A DNA stretch of 64,000 nt from an uncultured Candidatus Saccharibacteria bacterium (GTDB lineage: Bacteria > Patescibacteriota > Saccharimonadia > Saccharimonadales > JACQNP01): positions 23,937-87,936 of the forward strand of contig CAZPWF010000001.1 in the NCBI GenBank assembly GCA_964590725.1, read 5' to 3'. The translations under genes and the position numbers were made by a program. Below the pieces are notes generated by a model. The model searched no databases and had not been told where the DNA came from. It saw nothing but the letters and a program-made list of their open reading frames with translations. Below, piece by piece: positions 39,243-49,167 of this stretch (its first letter is position 1; the number at the start of each line of letters is the position of its first letter).

Positions 39243-39692
39243 ATGGCAAATAAGCAAAAAGATCAAGGTTTTACAATTGTTGAACTTTTGATCGTAATCG
39301 TTGTTATCGGTATATTGGCGGCATTAGTCGTTACGACATTCACCGGTATTCAACAAAAGGCTCGTAACACTGAGCGACAGACAGATATTAAGGCTATACA
39401 CGGTCAGGTTGAGGCATATTACGCAGTTAGCGGCAAATACCCAACATTAGACAACCTAAATGACGCTACATTCCGTAGCACAAATATGAAGGGTCTAGAC
39501 CAAGAGGCTCTAAAGGATCCTAAAGGCGCAAACGGAACACTTGTAGCCGCTCCAGCAGCAAGCGTTTACGCATATAACGTAGAGAAAACTGGTGGTGGTG
39601 CGTGTGACAACCAGACAAACGACTGTGCTATCTACACACTGACTGCAACATATGAGGGCAGCGGTTCATTCGCAAAGAGCAATCTTAACTAG
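39243..39692 (+). CDS. Type IV pilin (prepilin-type N-terminal cleavage/methylation domain), PilA-like major pilin
   Basis: Class III signal peptide MANKQKDQG|FTIVELLIVIVVIGILAAL with Gly-1, Phe+1, Glu+5. Two C-terminal cysteines (GACDNQTNDC) form the typical disulfide loop. ORF track starts at TTG 39219. ATG 39243 with an upstream AAGGGTGGG is the more plausible start. Confidence 0.8.
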   Translation: MANKQKDQGFTIVELLIVIVVIGILAALVVTTFTGIQQKARNTERQTDIKAIHGQVEAYYAVSGKYPTLDNLNDATFRSTNMKGLDQEALKDPKGANGTLVAAPAASVYAYNVEKTGGGACDNQTNDCAIYTLTATYEGSGSFAKSNLN

Positions 39693-39711
39693 ATTCTCCG
39701 AGAAGCCAATT

Positions 39712-39744
39712 AAAACCGCCCAATAAAAGGGCGGTTTTAATTTT
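39712..39744 (+). terminator. Rho-independent terminator after pilin gene
   Basis: AAAACCGCCC-AATAAAA-GGGCGGTTTT hairpin followed by a T-run, 20 nt after the pilin stop codon. Confidence 0.7.
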
Positions 39745-39845
39745 ATAATCATTTTTTACTCGATTAGAAGAAAACTGTTAAGTATACATTACCTTTATCC
39801 GTTAGCATTAAAATAGCCACTACTAATGTTGCTCGATGTGCAATA

Positions 39846-40559
39846 TTAGAAAATTGACGTTCCTATTTTTTGGCCCTGAGCTATTTTTAGAATACTACCT
39901 GGTATCATTGCATCAAAAACGACAAGCGGCATATTATGCTCGAGAGCAAGACCCATTGCTGCTTTATCCATAACCATAATGTTTTTATCCTCGACTGCCT
40001 GCTGAAATGTCATATGTTCAATCTTCTTAGCGTCATCAAACTTGACAGGGTCTTTATCATAAACACCGTCTACTTTACTTGCCTTGACTACAACATCACA
40101 GCTTAACTCAAGGCCAGTAAGTACTGCGGCTGTATCGTGTGTAGAGTAAGGCCGGCCCGTGCCTCCGGCGACCAGTAAAACGCGATCGCTCTGCAAGTGT
40201 TTCTCAGCAAGTCGGAATGAAAAACTTTCTACTAACTGTTCTACGAAGACATTACTGAGACAACGAGTAGCTAGACCTTCTGCTTCAAATATATCTGTTA
40301 AAGCCATGGCATTCATTAGCCCCGAGAGCATCCCCATTTGATCAGCCGTAACACGCTTAATATGGCTTTTGGCAGCCAAACTTGCACCCCGAACCATATT
40401 GCCGCCACCTACAATTATAACTATTTCAACACCTGAATCTCGAGTTGCTTGTAGCTCCTTGGCAAAATATTTTGCAACGTCCGGATCAATACCAAATTCA
40501 TGCTTACCAGCCAATTGTTCGCCAGAAAGCTTCAAAAGAACGCGTTTATATGAACTCAT
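39846..40559 (-). CDS. pyrH: UMP kinase
   Basis: 237 aa. KRVLLKLSGE, IVVGGGN, and GTGRPYSTHDTAAVLTG motifs of the amino-acid-kinase-fold UMP kinase. Confidence 0.85.
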   Translation of the reverse strand: MSSYKRVLLKLSGEQLAGKHEFGIDPDVAKYFAKELQATRDSGVEIVIIVGGGNMVRGASLAAKSHIKRVTADQMGMLSGLMNAMALTDIFEAEGLATRCLSNVFVEQLVESFSFRLAEKHLQSDRVLLVAGGTGRPYSTHDTAAVLTGLELSCDVVVKASKVDGVYDKDPVKFDDAKKIEHMTFQQAVEDKNIMVMDKAAMGLALEHNMPLVVFDAMIPGSILKIAQGQKIGTSIF

Positions 40560-40608
40560 TAGAAGATAGTCTAGCAGATTTTACCCTTCACAAGCTATAC
40601 TAAATTCT

Positions 40609-41403
40609 ATGAAACTCTACTCATGGAATGTGAACGGGATTCGAGCTGTCTGGAATAAAGGGATGTTTCAAAAGTTTATTGAAGAACATCAGCCTGATAT
40701 CTTGTGCTTGCAAGAGACTAAAGCCATGCAAGATCAATCAGAAGTTGATTTGCCAGAATACCAAGAATTTTGGAACTCAGCAGAAAAAAAGGGCTACAGC
40801 GGCACTGCAATTTTTACCAAAACCAAACCTCTTAATATTTTGAATGGTTTCTCAGAGACCATAAACGGTAAATATCAAATGGCTGACAAATACGGCGATC
40901 CGCTAAAAGAAGGCCGTGTAATTAGTGCTGAGTTTGATAGTTTTTGGCTAGTCAGTGTATACACCCCTAATAGCAAAGGGGATTTGACTAGGTTAGAGCT
41001 TCGTCATAAATATTGGGACAAAGCTTTTTTAGAGCATGTTAGTAATCTAGAAAAATCTAAACCTGTAATTTACTGCGGCGACTTTAATGTCGCTCACACC
41101 GAAGACGATCTAGCTAATCCTAAGGCTAATATCGGCAAGCATGGGTTTACTGATGAAGAGAGAGAAGGTTTTGAAAATATGCTTTCTGCTGGTTTTATAG
41201 ACACTTTCCGCATATTTACTCAAGGGAATGGTCATTATAGTTGGTGGACACACTGGGCAAACGCTAGAGCGCGCAATGTTGGCTGGCGTATCGACTACTT
41301 TATGGTTTCGGCTAAGCTAAAAGAGCGCGTCAGAGCGGCTAAAATACATCCGGAAGTCATGGGCTCCGATCACTGTCCAGTCAGTATAAATCTTGAAATT
41401 TAG
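40609..41403 (+). CDS. xth: Exodeoxyribonuclease III (AP endonuclease, EEP family)
   Basis: 264 aa. SWNVNGIRA, CLQETK, YCGDFNVAHTEDD, and terminal GSDHCPV motifs. Confidence 0.85.
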   Translation: MKLYSWNVNGIRAVWNKGMFQKFIEEHQPDILCLQETKAMQDQSEVDLPEYQEFWNSAEKKGYSGTAIFTKTKPLNILNGFSETINGKYQMADKYGDPLKEGRVISAEFDSFWLVSVYTPNSKGDLTRLELRHKYWDKAFLEHVSNLEKSKPVIYCGDFNVAHTEDDLANPKANIGKHGFTDEEREGFENMLSAGFIDTFRIFTQGNGHYSWWTHWANARARNVGWRIDYFMVSAKLKERVRAAKIHPEVMGSDHCPVSINLEI

Positions 41404-41420
41404 AGGACCACGAATTTTAC

Positions 41421-42203
41421 ATGCAAGACTCTAACTGGCAGCGACAAGAATCGAATAAACCACTGTTTCCAGATCTGCTATGGTCTAGGCCGGAAAACAA
41501 AGCACGAGCCGGAAAACTGCTCATAATCGGCGGTAATTCACATGGCATGCAAGCGCCAGCCCAAGCCTATGAATGTGCTGTATCGGCTGGTATTGGTGTC
41601 GCTAAAGTGCTCTTACCTGAGGCCTTGCATAAATTAATCGGGAGATCCCTAGAGCACGTAGAATTTGCTGCAAGTAACAAAAGTGGCGGTTTTTCAAAAA
41701 AAGCACTAATAGAGTGGGTTGAATACGCAAATTGGGCGGATGCTGTAATGCTAGCAGGCGACACAGCCCGCAACAGCGAAACCGCTATGGTGATGGAAGA
41801 ATTTACAAAAAAATACAAAGGTAAAATTGCCGTAACTCAAGACTGTCTTGATCAATTCATAACCAGCCCGAAGGTGCTATTTAATCGTCCGAATACACTG
41901 ATAGTGGCGTCGTTCGGCCAACTGCAAAAAGTTTGGCCAAAGGTAATGACCGGGAAAGGGTCGCTTCGCTTTGACATGAGCCTACCGGCAATAGTAGAAG
42001 CTCTTCATGAATACTCCGAGACACTGCCAACTAACCTAATCGTTAAACATCTTGATCAAATAATCGTAGCTGCAGATGGCTATGTAAGTACTACAAAAAA
42101 CGAGGAAGATATTTGGCGCGTAAAAACCTGCGCAAGAGCGTCAGTTTGGTGGCTGCAAAACCCTGAAAATACTTATCAGGCAATAACAATGTCAATTCTT
42201 TAG
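41421..42203 (+). CDS. YjeF C-terminal-like (NAD(P)HX dehydratase / carbohydrate-kinase fold) protein, divergent
   Basis: GKLLIIGGNSHGMQAPAQAYECAVSAGIGVAKV resembles the YjeF-C G-K-VLVIGGS...GA..LAA.AALRAGAG block. The C-terminal kinase-type motif is not clearly retained. Confidence 0.3.
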   Translation: MQDSNWQRQESNKPLFPDLLWSRPENKARAGKLLIIGGNSHGMQAPAQAYECAVSAGIGVAKVLLPEALHKLIGRSLEHVEFAASNKSGGFSKKALIEWVEYANWADAVMLAGDTARNSETAMVMEEFTKKYKGKIAVTQDCLDQFITSPKVLFNRPNTLIVASFGQLQKVWPKVMTGKGSLRFDMSLPAIVEALHEYSETLPTNLIVKHLDQIIVAADGYVSTTKNEEDIWRVKTCARASVWWLQNPENTYQAITMSIL

Positions 42204-42241
42204 TTGCTTTTGTTATTTAATTCTGTTATAGTATCTATTCT

Positions 42242-43168
42242 ATGAAAAAAGGCACACACACAGGTAATTTAGAAAGTCATCATCTTGACCCGTTCACACA
42301 AATGGAAAGAGGCTCTTCGACCGAGGCAAGACTAGCCGCAATCGATAATTACATCGGCGTTCATTCAACAAACGCAAAATGTCAATATAATGCAGGAGAA
42401 ATGTATCTAGAAACTGCATACGGCTGCCCCAATAAAGACAATGCGTTATTAATACTCGAAGACGCTATGGACTGTTTCCAAAAAAGTGTAAAAATACAGA
42501 GCGGTTCTTCCGAAACCATCAACCAATTAACAGGCCGATCGCTCATGCAGCTAGCATTTGAGAATATTTACCGTTGGAATTTAATGATACCCGAAGAGCT
42601 CCCACCCAACAACATACTGATTGATAACTATAACAAACTTATAGATGTATCAGAAACTCACTCAAATACAATAAATTTGCTTCGCAAGAATTCAAGCGAA
42701 AAAAACATACCCGGCGTAAGGGATATTATCGGCAACTTGGCAGAAATAGATGTCCTACTTCTAAGTCAAAGATTTGGTTTAAAATTAGCGGACAGATCAT
42801 GGCTAGCAATTCCGGCGTTTCATAGTGAAGACATGGGAAGAGGAAAGTATCTTGAAAAAAGAGAAGCATGGGATTTGTCAATCATAACTCACGTAGACCC
42901 AAGCATGATACCCGAATTAAATTACAAAATTCAAGTTAAATCTAGCAGTAGGCGCAACGAAATAGAAAGAGCATATTCTCCGGACATTAAAGTAGTTTAC
43001 GTTAACGAGGATCTTACTCTAAACTGCAACCCCGATGGCTCGCCATGGCGAATGCCTACTGGGCTTATTGCAGAAGAATGTTTACGCGAAAACCGACAAA
43101 TAGCAACCATACACGACACTAGCAATCTTGATATACGTGAAAATAAGCTGTTGGATATTCTAGGTTAA
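42242..43168 (+). CDS. Hypothetical protein (308 aa)
   Basis: Long ORF, no recognised motif. Confidence 0.4.
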   Translation: MKKGTHTGNLESHHLDPFTQMERGSSTEARLAAIDNYIGVHSTNAKCQYNAGEMYLETAYGCPNKDNALLILEDAMDCFQKSVKIQSGSSETINQLTGRSLMQLAFENIYRWNLMIPEELPPNNILIDNYNKLIDVSETHSNTINLLRKNSSEKNIPGVRDIIGNLAEIDVLLLSQRFGLKLADRSWLAIPAFHSEDMGRGKYLEKREAWDLSIITHVDPSMIPELNYKIQVKSSSRRNEIERAYSPDIKVVYVNEDLTLNCNPDGSPWRMPTGLIAEECLRENRQIATIHDTSNLDIRENKLLDILG

Positions 43169-43220
43169 TTAAAAATTTTGCAGCACATATCACATTACCC
43201 CTCAACCAAACAGACCATAT

Positions 43221-43250
43221 AAAAAGACCACCTTTCGGTGGTCTTTTTAT
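43221..43250. terminator. Bidirectional rho-independent terminator
   Basis: AAAAAGACCACC-TTTC-GGTGGTCTTTTT: perfect 7-bp GC-rich stem flanked by an A-run and a T-run. Sits between the convergent 42242-43168 gene and tRNA-Leu. Confidence 0.65.
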
Positions 43251-43251
43251 A

Positions 43252-43338
43252 TGGTGGGCGAGGAGGGAATCGAACCCTCAATCCTTGCGGAACACGATTT
43301 TGAGTCGTGCGCGTATACCAATTCCGCCACTCGCCCAC
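43252..43338 (-). tRNA. tRNA-Leu (anticodon CAA), CCA encoded
   Basis: Reverse complement folds as acceptor GTGGGCG, anticodon stem CACGA/TCGTG with loop CTCAAAA, long variable arm, T-loop GGTTCGATTCC, terminal ACCA. Confidence 0.85.
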
Positions 43339-43399
43339 GAGTAGGAGAACAGGGAACATTGTACTATAATTACATCTGTTAAAGCTAGCATTAGCATAA

Positions 43400-44626
43400 A
43401 TGACAGAACACAATCAAGTAAACCATTCTCAAAACAGTACCACCCTACAAGGTGATAGCTACGACACGGAAGCATCCGACAATCCGGCTGTAGAGATGTT
43501 ACGTAACAAAATTGATCATCTTTACCAAGATGAACCAGATACAAAAAAAGAAATAATTACATCTGAACAGGCTGGGAAGCATAAAAGTAAGCATCAAGCT
43601 TACATGCACCAACTAAGTGTTTCTGGCATGTCACTAGCAGAGATTCAAACTGCTTGGCACAACTATTACCAAGAACTACCCGACAAAGAAAAGCACGAAG
43701 TCTGGAAAGAATTCTATTCAGAGCATGGCAAGCAAGCGCACCAACCAACGCAAACTTCACAGCAAACAAGTCAAAGTAGTAACCCGAAAGCTCATAAATC
43801 AACACCACGTCACCATAAAGAAAAAAGACATAACGCGGATAACCGTACTGCCGCGGACGTAAAAAATCAATTACTGAATAGAGTTTCAAATCCAACGAAA
43901 GGGCGACTGAGCAAAAAAGCCCACTTCCACTCGATACTGTTTGGATTAGGTATTGGGTTTATTGCCATTGCTTTTTTATTGTTCGGCTTTTTCAACGAGC
44001 GCTTCATCGCACCATTCATTACACCTAGTAAAAATGTTAGTAACGCACCTATAATTATCGATTCAAGTACTGCAGCAGTGGGTCCAGAATCAAAGATAAT
44101 TATTCCGAAAATTAACGTCGAAATACCCGTGGTATACGACGAACCATCGGTCGATGAAAAGGCTATACAACATGCGTTAGAGCGCGGCGTCGTTCATTAT
44201 GCAACCACCCCGCTGCCAGGTGAAGTTGGTAATGGAGTAATATTTGGGCATTCTAGTAACAACATTCTCAATAAAGGTCAGTATAAATTTGCATTCGTAT
44301 TACTTAAAAGACTAGAAGTTGGCGACACTTTTATGCTTCAAAAAGATGGCAAACGATTTGTATATAAAGTTACTGACAAAAAGATAGTCAAACCTTCTGA
44401 TGTGTCGGTTCTCACAACCAGCACAAACCAGTCAACTATGACTCTAATCACATGTGACCCGCCTGGCACCTCACTAAATCGATTACTAGTAACCGGGCAA
44501 CAAATATCACCAGATCCAGCTACAAATATAGCCAGCACTGCTCAGCAGAATGATCAGTCACCAAGTAAGATTCCAGGTAACGCCCCAAGTCTTTGGGATC
44601 GCTTCAAAAGTATCTTTTCTAGTTAA
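43400..44626 (+). CDS. Sortase family transpeptidase with long His/Gln-rich N-terminal cytoplasmic extension
   Basis: 408 aa. TM helix ILFGLGIGFIAIAFLLFGFF near residue 190. Catalytic His in VIFGHSS, Cys in TLITCDPPG (TLxTC), Arg in NRLLVTG. Confidence 0.75.
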   Translation: MTEHNQVNHSQNSTTLQGDSYDTEASDNPAVEMLRNKIDHLYQDEPDTKKEIITSEQAGKHKSKHQAYMHQLSVSGMSLAEIQTAWHNYYQELPDKEKHEVWKEFYSEHGKQAHQPTQTSQQTSQSSNPKAHKSTPRHHKEKRHNADNRTAADVKNQLLNRVSNPTKGRLSKKAHFHSILFGLGIGFIAIAFLLFGFFNERFIAPFITPSKNVSNAPIIIDSSTAAVGPESKIIIPKINVEIPVVYDEPSVDEKAIQHALERGVVHYATTPLPGEVGNGVIFGHSSNNILNKGQYKFAFVLLKRLEVGDTFMLQKDGKRFVYKVTDKKIVKPSDVSVLTTSTNQSTMTLITCDPPGTSLNRLLVTGQQISPDPATNIASTAQQNDQSPSKIPGNAPSLWDRFKSIFSS

Positions 44627-46105
44627 TTATTTTGGAGCCACAATCAGATCAGTAAACAGAAGAGCGGTTTTGTTCTTCACCGTAGCCGATGGACTTACCG
44701 TATAAAGCTTACGATAATCACGATCAAAAAAGGGCGTAAAAGCCGGGGTACTATTCATAAGCGTTTGCATGTTGGTACCATCAAAATCAAATACACGCAG
44801 CTTACCGTCACTTATAGCAGTCAATCTATGCCCATCCATCCATGTAGCCTGATATTCGAGCGGAAGATTGAGCTTTGTGTCGTATCTAAATTGTCGTTTA
44901 TTCTCAGCATCATATACCGCAAAACTACTGCCACTCTGAATCTCTAATAATCGAGTATTAGCGGAGAACGCCATGTACTGTACGGGGGCATTTAATCTTA
45001 ACAATACGGATGCCGGTAGCTGAGACGCATTTTCTTTCTTGAGCTCATCAAACGGGTCGATATATATCGATACTTTTTGCTCAACAGATGCACCCGCAGC
45101 AACATACCACTTACCGTCAAACTGAGCTAGATCGAGTAGGTATTTTGGACTTTGATCGAGCTGGTGTAATGTATACGTCTTATCACCGTCCATAATCTTT
45201 ACAAGTACTTTTCCAGCGGGCGCCTTTTCGTTAGTAACATACATTAACAGGTTGCTACCGTGAGGTTGATAACTAATAACCTTACCGGCAACTTGCGTAA
45301 CTGATTTTGATTCTAAAACACCAGACACTAGATCTCCGCTTGCACTATTGTGAAAATAATATCGATCGTATTTTTTATCTCTCAATTTAACGTCACTTAT
45401 AACCCTGCCAAATTGTTGATTCAGATTAACCGAAGCTGCCGCTGATTCACGGTCAAGAATTATAAATTCGTATCCAGTATCAAATACATGCTTCAAAAGT
45501 ACATGTCGATTATCCGTAGACCACTCTAATGCGCTAACTACATGCTTAGTACCAGTTTGTGTCAAAACTGTAGGCGGTAGCACTATGGGTTTGAATTCTA
45601 TGTTCTTGCTATTAAGATCCGTGACTGAAAAATTATTAAACGTTTCGGGTTGTTGCACGATCAGCCAACGTCGATCAGGGCTCTGAGTTGCCAATGATGG
45701 TTGAGTCGAAAATAATTGCGAATCGGAGGATTCAAGTTTTTCGGGAAACATGAATGGATAGATAAACCGTTCGATCGCACCACCTTCTAGAGAAACATCA
45801 TGTTTCCAGGTTCTGTATCCATCCCGTTTTAACTCAACGTTATAAGGACCTGCAGGTAGCAATAAACGGTTATCAGTCCTACCTTTATCTTGGCCATTAA
45901 TAACTATTTGTGCACTCTCAGGGTGAGAATCTAGAAATAACATGCCGTTTTGAATTACTGTCTTGGTCTTTGGGTCGTAATAATTACCTGAAGATATATT
46001 CCATAAAAACCACATACCGAGAACTAAGGCAATAGTCATCAATACATAGCCTATGTAAAGCCTTCTGCGATGAGATCGTTTCTTTTTTGGGTCGAGAAAA
46101 TCCAT
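44627..46105 (-). CDS. PEGA domain protein with N-terminal TM anchor and C-terminal beta-rich (propeller-like) domain
   Basis: 492 aa. PEGA motif region SHPESAQIVINGQDKGRTDNRLLLPAGPYNVELKRDGY after a signal-anchor helix. Confidence 0.55.
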   Translation of the reverse strand: MDFLDPKKKRSHRRRLYIGYVLMTIALVLGMWFLWNISSGNYYDPKTKTVIQNGMLFLDSHPESAQIVINGQDKGRTDNRLLLPAGPYNVELKRDGYRTWKHDVSLEGGAIERFIYPFMFPEKLESSDSQLFSTQPSLATQSPDRRWLIVQQPETFNNFSVTDLNSKNIEFKPIVLPPTVLTQTGTKHVVSALEWSTDNRHVLLKHVFDTGYEFIILDRESAAASVNLNQQFGRVISDVKLRDKKYDRYYFHNSASGDLVSGVLESKSVTQVAGKVISYQPHGSNLLMYVTNEKAPAGKVLVKIMDGDKTYTLHQLDQSPKYLLDLAQFDGKWYVAAGASVEQKVSIYIDPFDELKKENASQLPASVLLRLNAPVQYMAFSANTRLLEIQSGSSFAVYDAENKRQFRYDTKLNLPLEYQATWMDGHRLTAISDGKLRVFDFDGTNMQTLMNSTPAFTPFFDRDYRKLYTVSPSATVKNKTALLFTDLIVAPK

Positions 46106-46219
46106 AGTTGCTAGTGTATTTTACCCTATTTTAAAATTATTTGTGCTTGCAGGTCAGCGAAAGTCGGTTTAAGATACTTATATCGATCTAAACACACGAA
46201 AGTCGAGAGGGTAAAAAAA

Positions 46220-47308
46220 GTGGGTAACCGACGTAACGTAATCATGCTGAACGGTAAGCACTATGATGCGTTAACTGGAAAGCTAATCAAAGAATCAACA
46301 CAGACTTCTACTAAAAATGCTGTAATAAAGCCAAAACAGGCCAAATCCGGGTCAATGGACGGTGTTGTTAAAACACCAAATTCTGCAAAGTCCCACATTA
46401 CTCGCTCTACTCATCAAGCAAAGAGAAGAATTGAGCGCTCAAAAACACTAATGCGCTCAGTAGTAAAAAAACCAAGCACACTTAAAACGAATAGTTCTTC
46501 GTTAAATGATATTGATAGCCCAAAAAAGCAAACTAAAAAAATTGAACACTTATCCATCCACACTGACCCAAAACGCGAACAAAGGGCAAAAAATGTAAAT
46601 AGAAGCGGCCTGATCAGTAAATTCGGTGCCTCGGTGGCTAAAAAAACCAAATACTCGCCAATTCCAGTAGCACCAGAACCAAAAACTCACTCCGTCCATG
46701 CAAAACCGAATGAAACCCAAGCGCCCAAACCAACCACAGCAAAAACATCAGAAAGCAGGTTCCAGTCTGCCGTGAATGGCGCGACAAGCCATACACAACC
46801 TAGTCCCAAACGCCCCAGTCGACGTACAAAATTAGCTCACAAACTTCGAATTAGCCCAGGTCTATTAAACGCGAGCTTTATCGTGCTCACATTTATAGTT
46901 ATAGGTGGATATTTTGCATATAATAATGTCCCTAATCTTGCTATGCGTTTAGCCGCAACGCGATCAGGTATTGACGGCTCACTACCTGAATATCATCCAG
47001 CAGGGTTCTCAATGAAAGGACCGATTCAGTACCAGCCTGGACAGATTACTATAGGTTTTCACTCAAATAGCGACGACAGAAACTACACAGTTACCCAGCG
47101 AGCATCCAAGTGGGATAGCGAAACTTTACTAGAAAATCATGTCGCATCAAATAAGCGGGCCTATCAGACGTTTCAGGACAAAGGTAAGACTATATACATT
47201 TACGACGGCGACAGTGCTAGCTGGGTAGACAATGGCATCTGGTATGAAGTTAATGGCAATACATCTTTAGACACAGACCAAGTGCTACGAATAGCCAACA
47301 GCTTATAG
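46220..47308 (+). CDS. Hypothetical membrane-anchored protein (basic/disordered cytoplasmic N-region, single TM, extracytoplasmic C-domain)
   Basis: 362 aa, GTG start. Lys/Ser/Thr-rich N half. TM helix FIVLTFIVIGGYFAY. Confidence 0.45.
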   Translation: MGNRRNVIMLNGKHYDALTGKLIKESTQTSTKNAVIKPKQAKSGSMDGVVKTPNSAKSHITRSTHQAKRRIERSKTLMRSVVKKPSTLKTNSSSLNDIDSPKKQTKKIEHLSIHTDPKREQRAKNVNRSGLISKFGASVAKKTKYSPIPVAPEPKTHSVHAKPNETQAPKPTTAKTSESRFQSAVNGATSHTQPSPKRPSRRTKLAHKLRISPGLLNASFIVLTFIVIGGYFAYNNVPNLAMRLAATRSGIDGSLPEYHPAGFSMKGPIQYQPGQITIGFHSNSDDRNYTVTQRASKWDSETLLENHVASNKRAYQTFQDKGKTIYIYDGDSASWVDNGIWYEVNGNTSLDTDQVLRIANSL

Positions 47309-47366
47309 TTTATTTAGTACGCTAGTATTGTTATAAAATCAATTTAGTGCTATAATATTATTTATT

Positions 47367-47648
47367 ATGAACATTAGTAACCCAGAAGCACCATTTATTA
47401 GAGACAAGATCTCGCGCATTGCAACTTTAATTGGTGGCTCTGCTGCTTCTTTAGCTATTGGATTTGCATATATAGCAGACCACTCTGCTGAGGGAAATAA
47501 TATTGTCTTATCGGCACCATTCGGTGAAAAGGTTGTTGGATTTGACCCTTCAGAGGTTATAGTTGGCGGATTAGCCGTCGCTGCATCCGGAATACTTCTA
47601 GGAATTGCTTCTAGGGTGTACGACGAAATCCACAAAAAGAACCAATAG
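47367..47648 (+). CDS. Small hypothetical membrane protein (93 aa)
   Basis: Co-directional with gltX. An alternative ORF of similar length is on the opposite strand (47339-47635), so the call is uncertain. Confidence 0.3.
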   Translation: MNISNPEAPFIRDKISRIATLIGGSAASLAIGFAYIADHSAEGNNIVLSAPFGEKVVGFDPSEVIVGGLAVAASGILLGIASRVYDEIHKKNQ

Positions 47649-47681
47649 TAATCACTTGATAATTATCTTACAATAGAGGTA

Positions 47682-49121
47682 ATGACGATTCGAACAAGAT
47701 TTGCACCAAGTCCAACCGGATTCATGCATGTAGGTAACTTTCGTACCGGATTATTTGCATGGCTCGTGGCAAGACATTTTAACGGGACATTTATAATTCG
47801 CTTTGAGGACACCGACAAAAAACGCGAAGTAGAAGGCGCTCGCGAGCACATTCTGGGTTGTTTTGAGAAGCTCGGCATTGACTATGATGAAGGGCCTAAT
47901 AAAGGCGGTAACTATGGTCCGTACATTCAAAGCGAAAGGTTAGAAAGTTATACTAAATGGGCACATAAGCTTATTGACTCAGGAAGGGCATACGCAGACC
48001 CATATACACCCGATGAAGTTCAAGAATTTCGAATACGAGCCCAAAAAGATAAAAAACCATTTCTTTATCGCAATAATCGACCCAATAACCCGCCAATATG
48101 GGATGGAACAAAACCTCTAAGGTTCAAATCTGATCCAAAACCATACACCTGGCATGACGAAGTTATGGGCGATCTTTCTACGGGTCCTGAAGTTATTGAT
48201 GACATAGTTTTAATCAAATCTGACGGTTATCCGACTTACAATTTTGCGCACATCATAGACGATTATGAAATGAAGATATCGCACGTAATTAGAGGTCAAG
48301 AATTTTTGGCCAGCACTCCAAATTACTTGAATATTTACGAAGCACTCGAGATCGATCGACCGCTACTAGCAACCATGCCTCACATAATGGCTTCAGACGG
48401 CAAAAAGAAACTCGGCAAACGCGACGGAGCAAAAGATATACTCGACTACGTACGCGATGGGTACCTTCCAGAGGCCTTAGTAAGCTTTATTGCGACATTG
48501 GGCTGGAATGACGGCACAGAACAAGAGATATTTACTAAAGACGAGTTGATCAATAAATTTAGTCTGGACCGTGTACAGAAAAGTGGCGCCAAATTCGACG
48601 AACAAAGACTTAAGTGGATTAACGGCTCGCTTATTAGAAATATGCCAGTAACCGAGTTATTTGAACGCTCCCAAGATTACTGGCCAGATGTATCCAGAGA
48701 CGCCAACGATGAATATAAAAAACAAATTTTGAGCCTAGTCCAGGAAAGACTTAAATATCTATCAGAGATACCGGGGTTAACTAATTTCTTCTTTGTAGAT
48801 CAACAAATGGACAAAGAACTTATTCTGAGCCATAAGCAATTAAAAAAAATCCCGATGATTGAGCTGAAAGAACTGCTTGTATTAACAGTAGATTCTTTTG
48901 AGCTCAGTAACTTCAAAACCGAAGACCTAACTGACCGATTAAATGCCTTGCTCGAAGCAACCGAACAAAAACCAGCAGTACTATTCAGTCTGATTCGTAT
49001 CGCAACTACATGGGCACCATCGAGTCCAGGTCTTGCCGAAACTCTACAAGTCTTGGGGAAAAAAACCTCTATGGATCGTTTGAGGGCTTCGATAGATTTC
49101 TTAGCACATATCGAAGATTAA
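47682..49121 (+). CDS. gltX: Glutamate--tRNA ligase
   Basis: 479 aa. N-terminal RFAPSPTGFMHVGNFRTGLFA (HIGH-type motif) and KKLGKRDG (KMSKS equivalent). Confidence 0.9.
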   Translation: MTIRTRFAPSPTGFMHVGNFRTGLFAWLVARHFNGTFIIRFEDTDKKREVEGAREHILGCFEKLGIDYDEGPNKGGNYGPYIQSERLESYTKWAHKLIDSGRAYADPYTPDEVQEFRIRAQKDKKPFLYRNNRPNNPPIWDGTKPLRFKSDPKPYTWHDEVMGDLSTGPEVIDDIVLIKSDGYPTYNFAHIIDDYEMKISHVIRGQEFLASTPNYLNIYEALEIDRPLLATMPHIMASDGKKKLGKRDGAKDILDYVRDGYLPEALVSFIATLGWNDGTEQEIFTKDELINKFSLDRVQKSGAKFDEQRLKWINGSLIRNMPVTELFERSQDYWPDVSRDANDEYKKQILSLVQERLKYLSEIPGLTNFFFVDQQMDKELILSHKQLKKIPMIELKELLVLTVDSFELSNFKTEDLTDRLNALLEATEQKPAVLFSLIRIATTWAPSSPGLAETLQVLGKKTSMDRLRASIDFLAHIED

Positions 49122-49167
49122 ATACTAGGTATAGCATCAAACCATAAGCATTGTTACAATGTAGGTT

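Noticed and set aside
47339-47635. 98-aa minus-strand ORF overlapping the 93-aa plus-strand ORF
   Set aside because: The two are mutually exclusive and neither has strong start signals. The plus-strand one was retained at low confidence only because it is co-directional with gltX.
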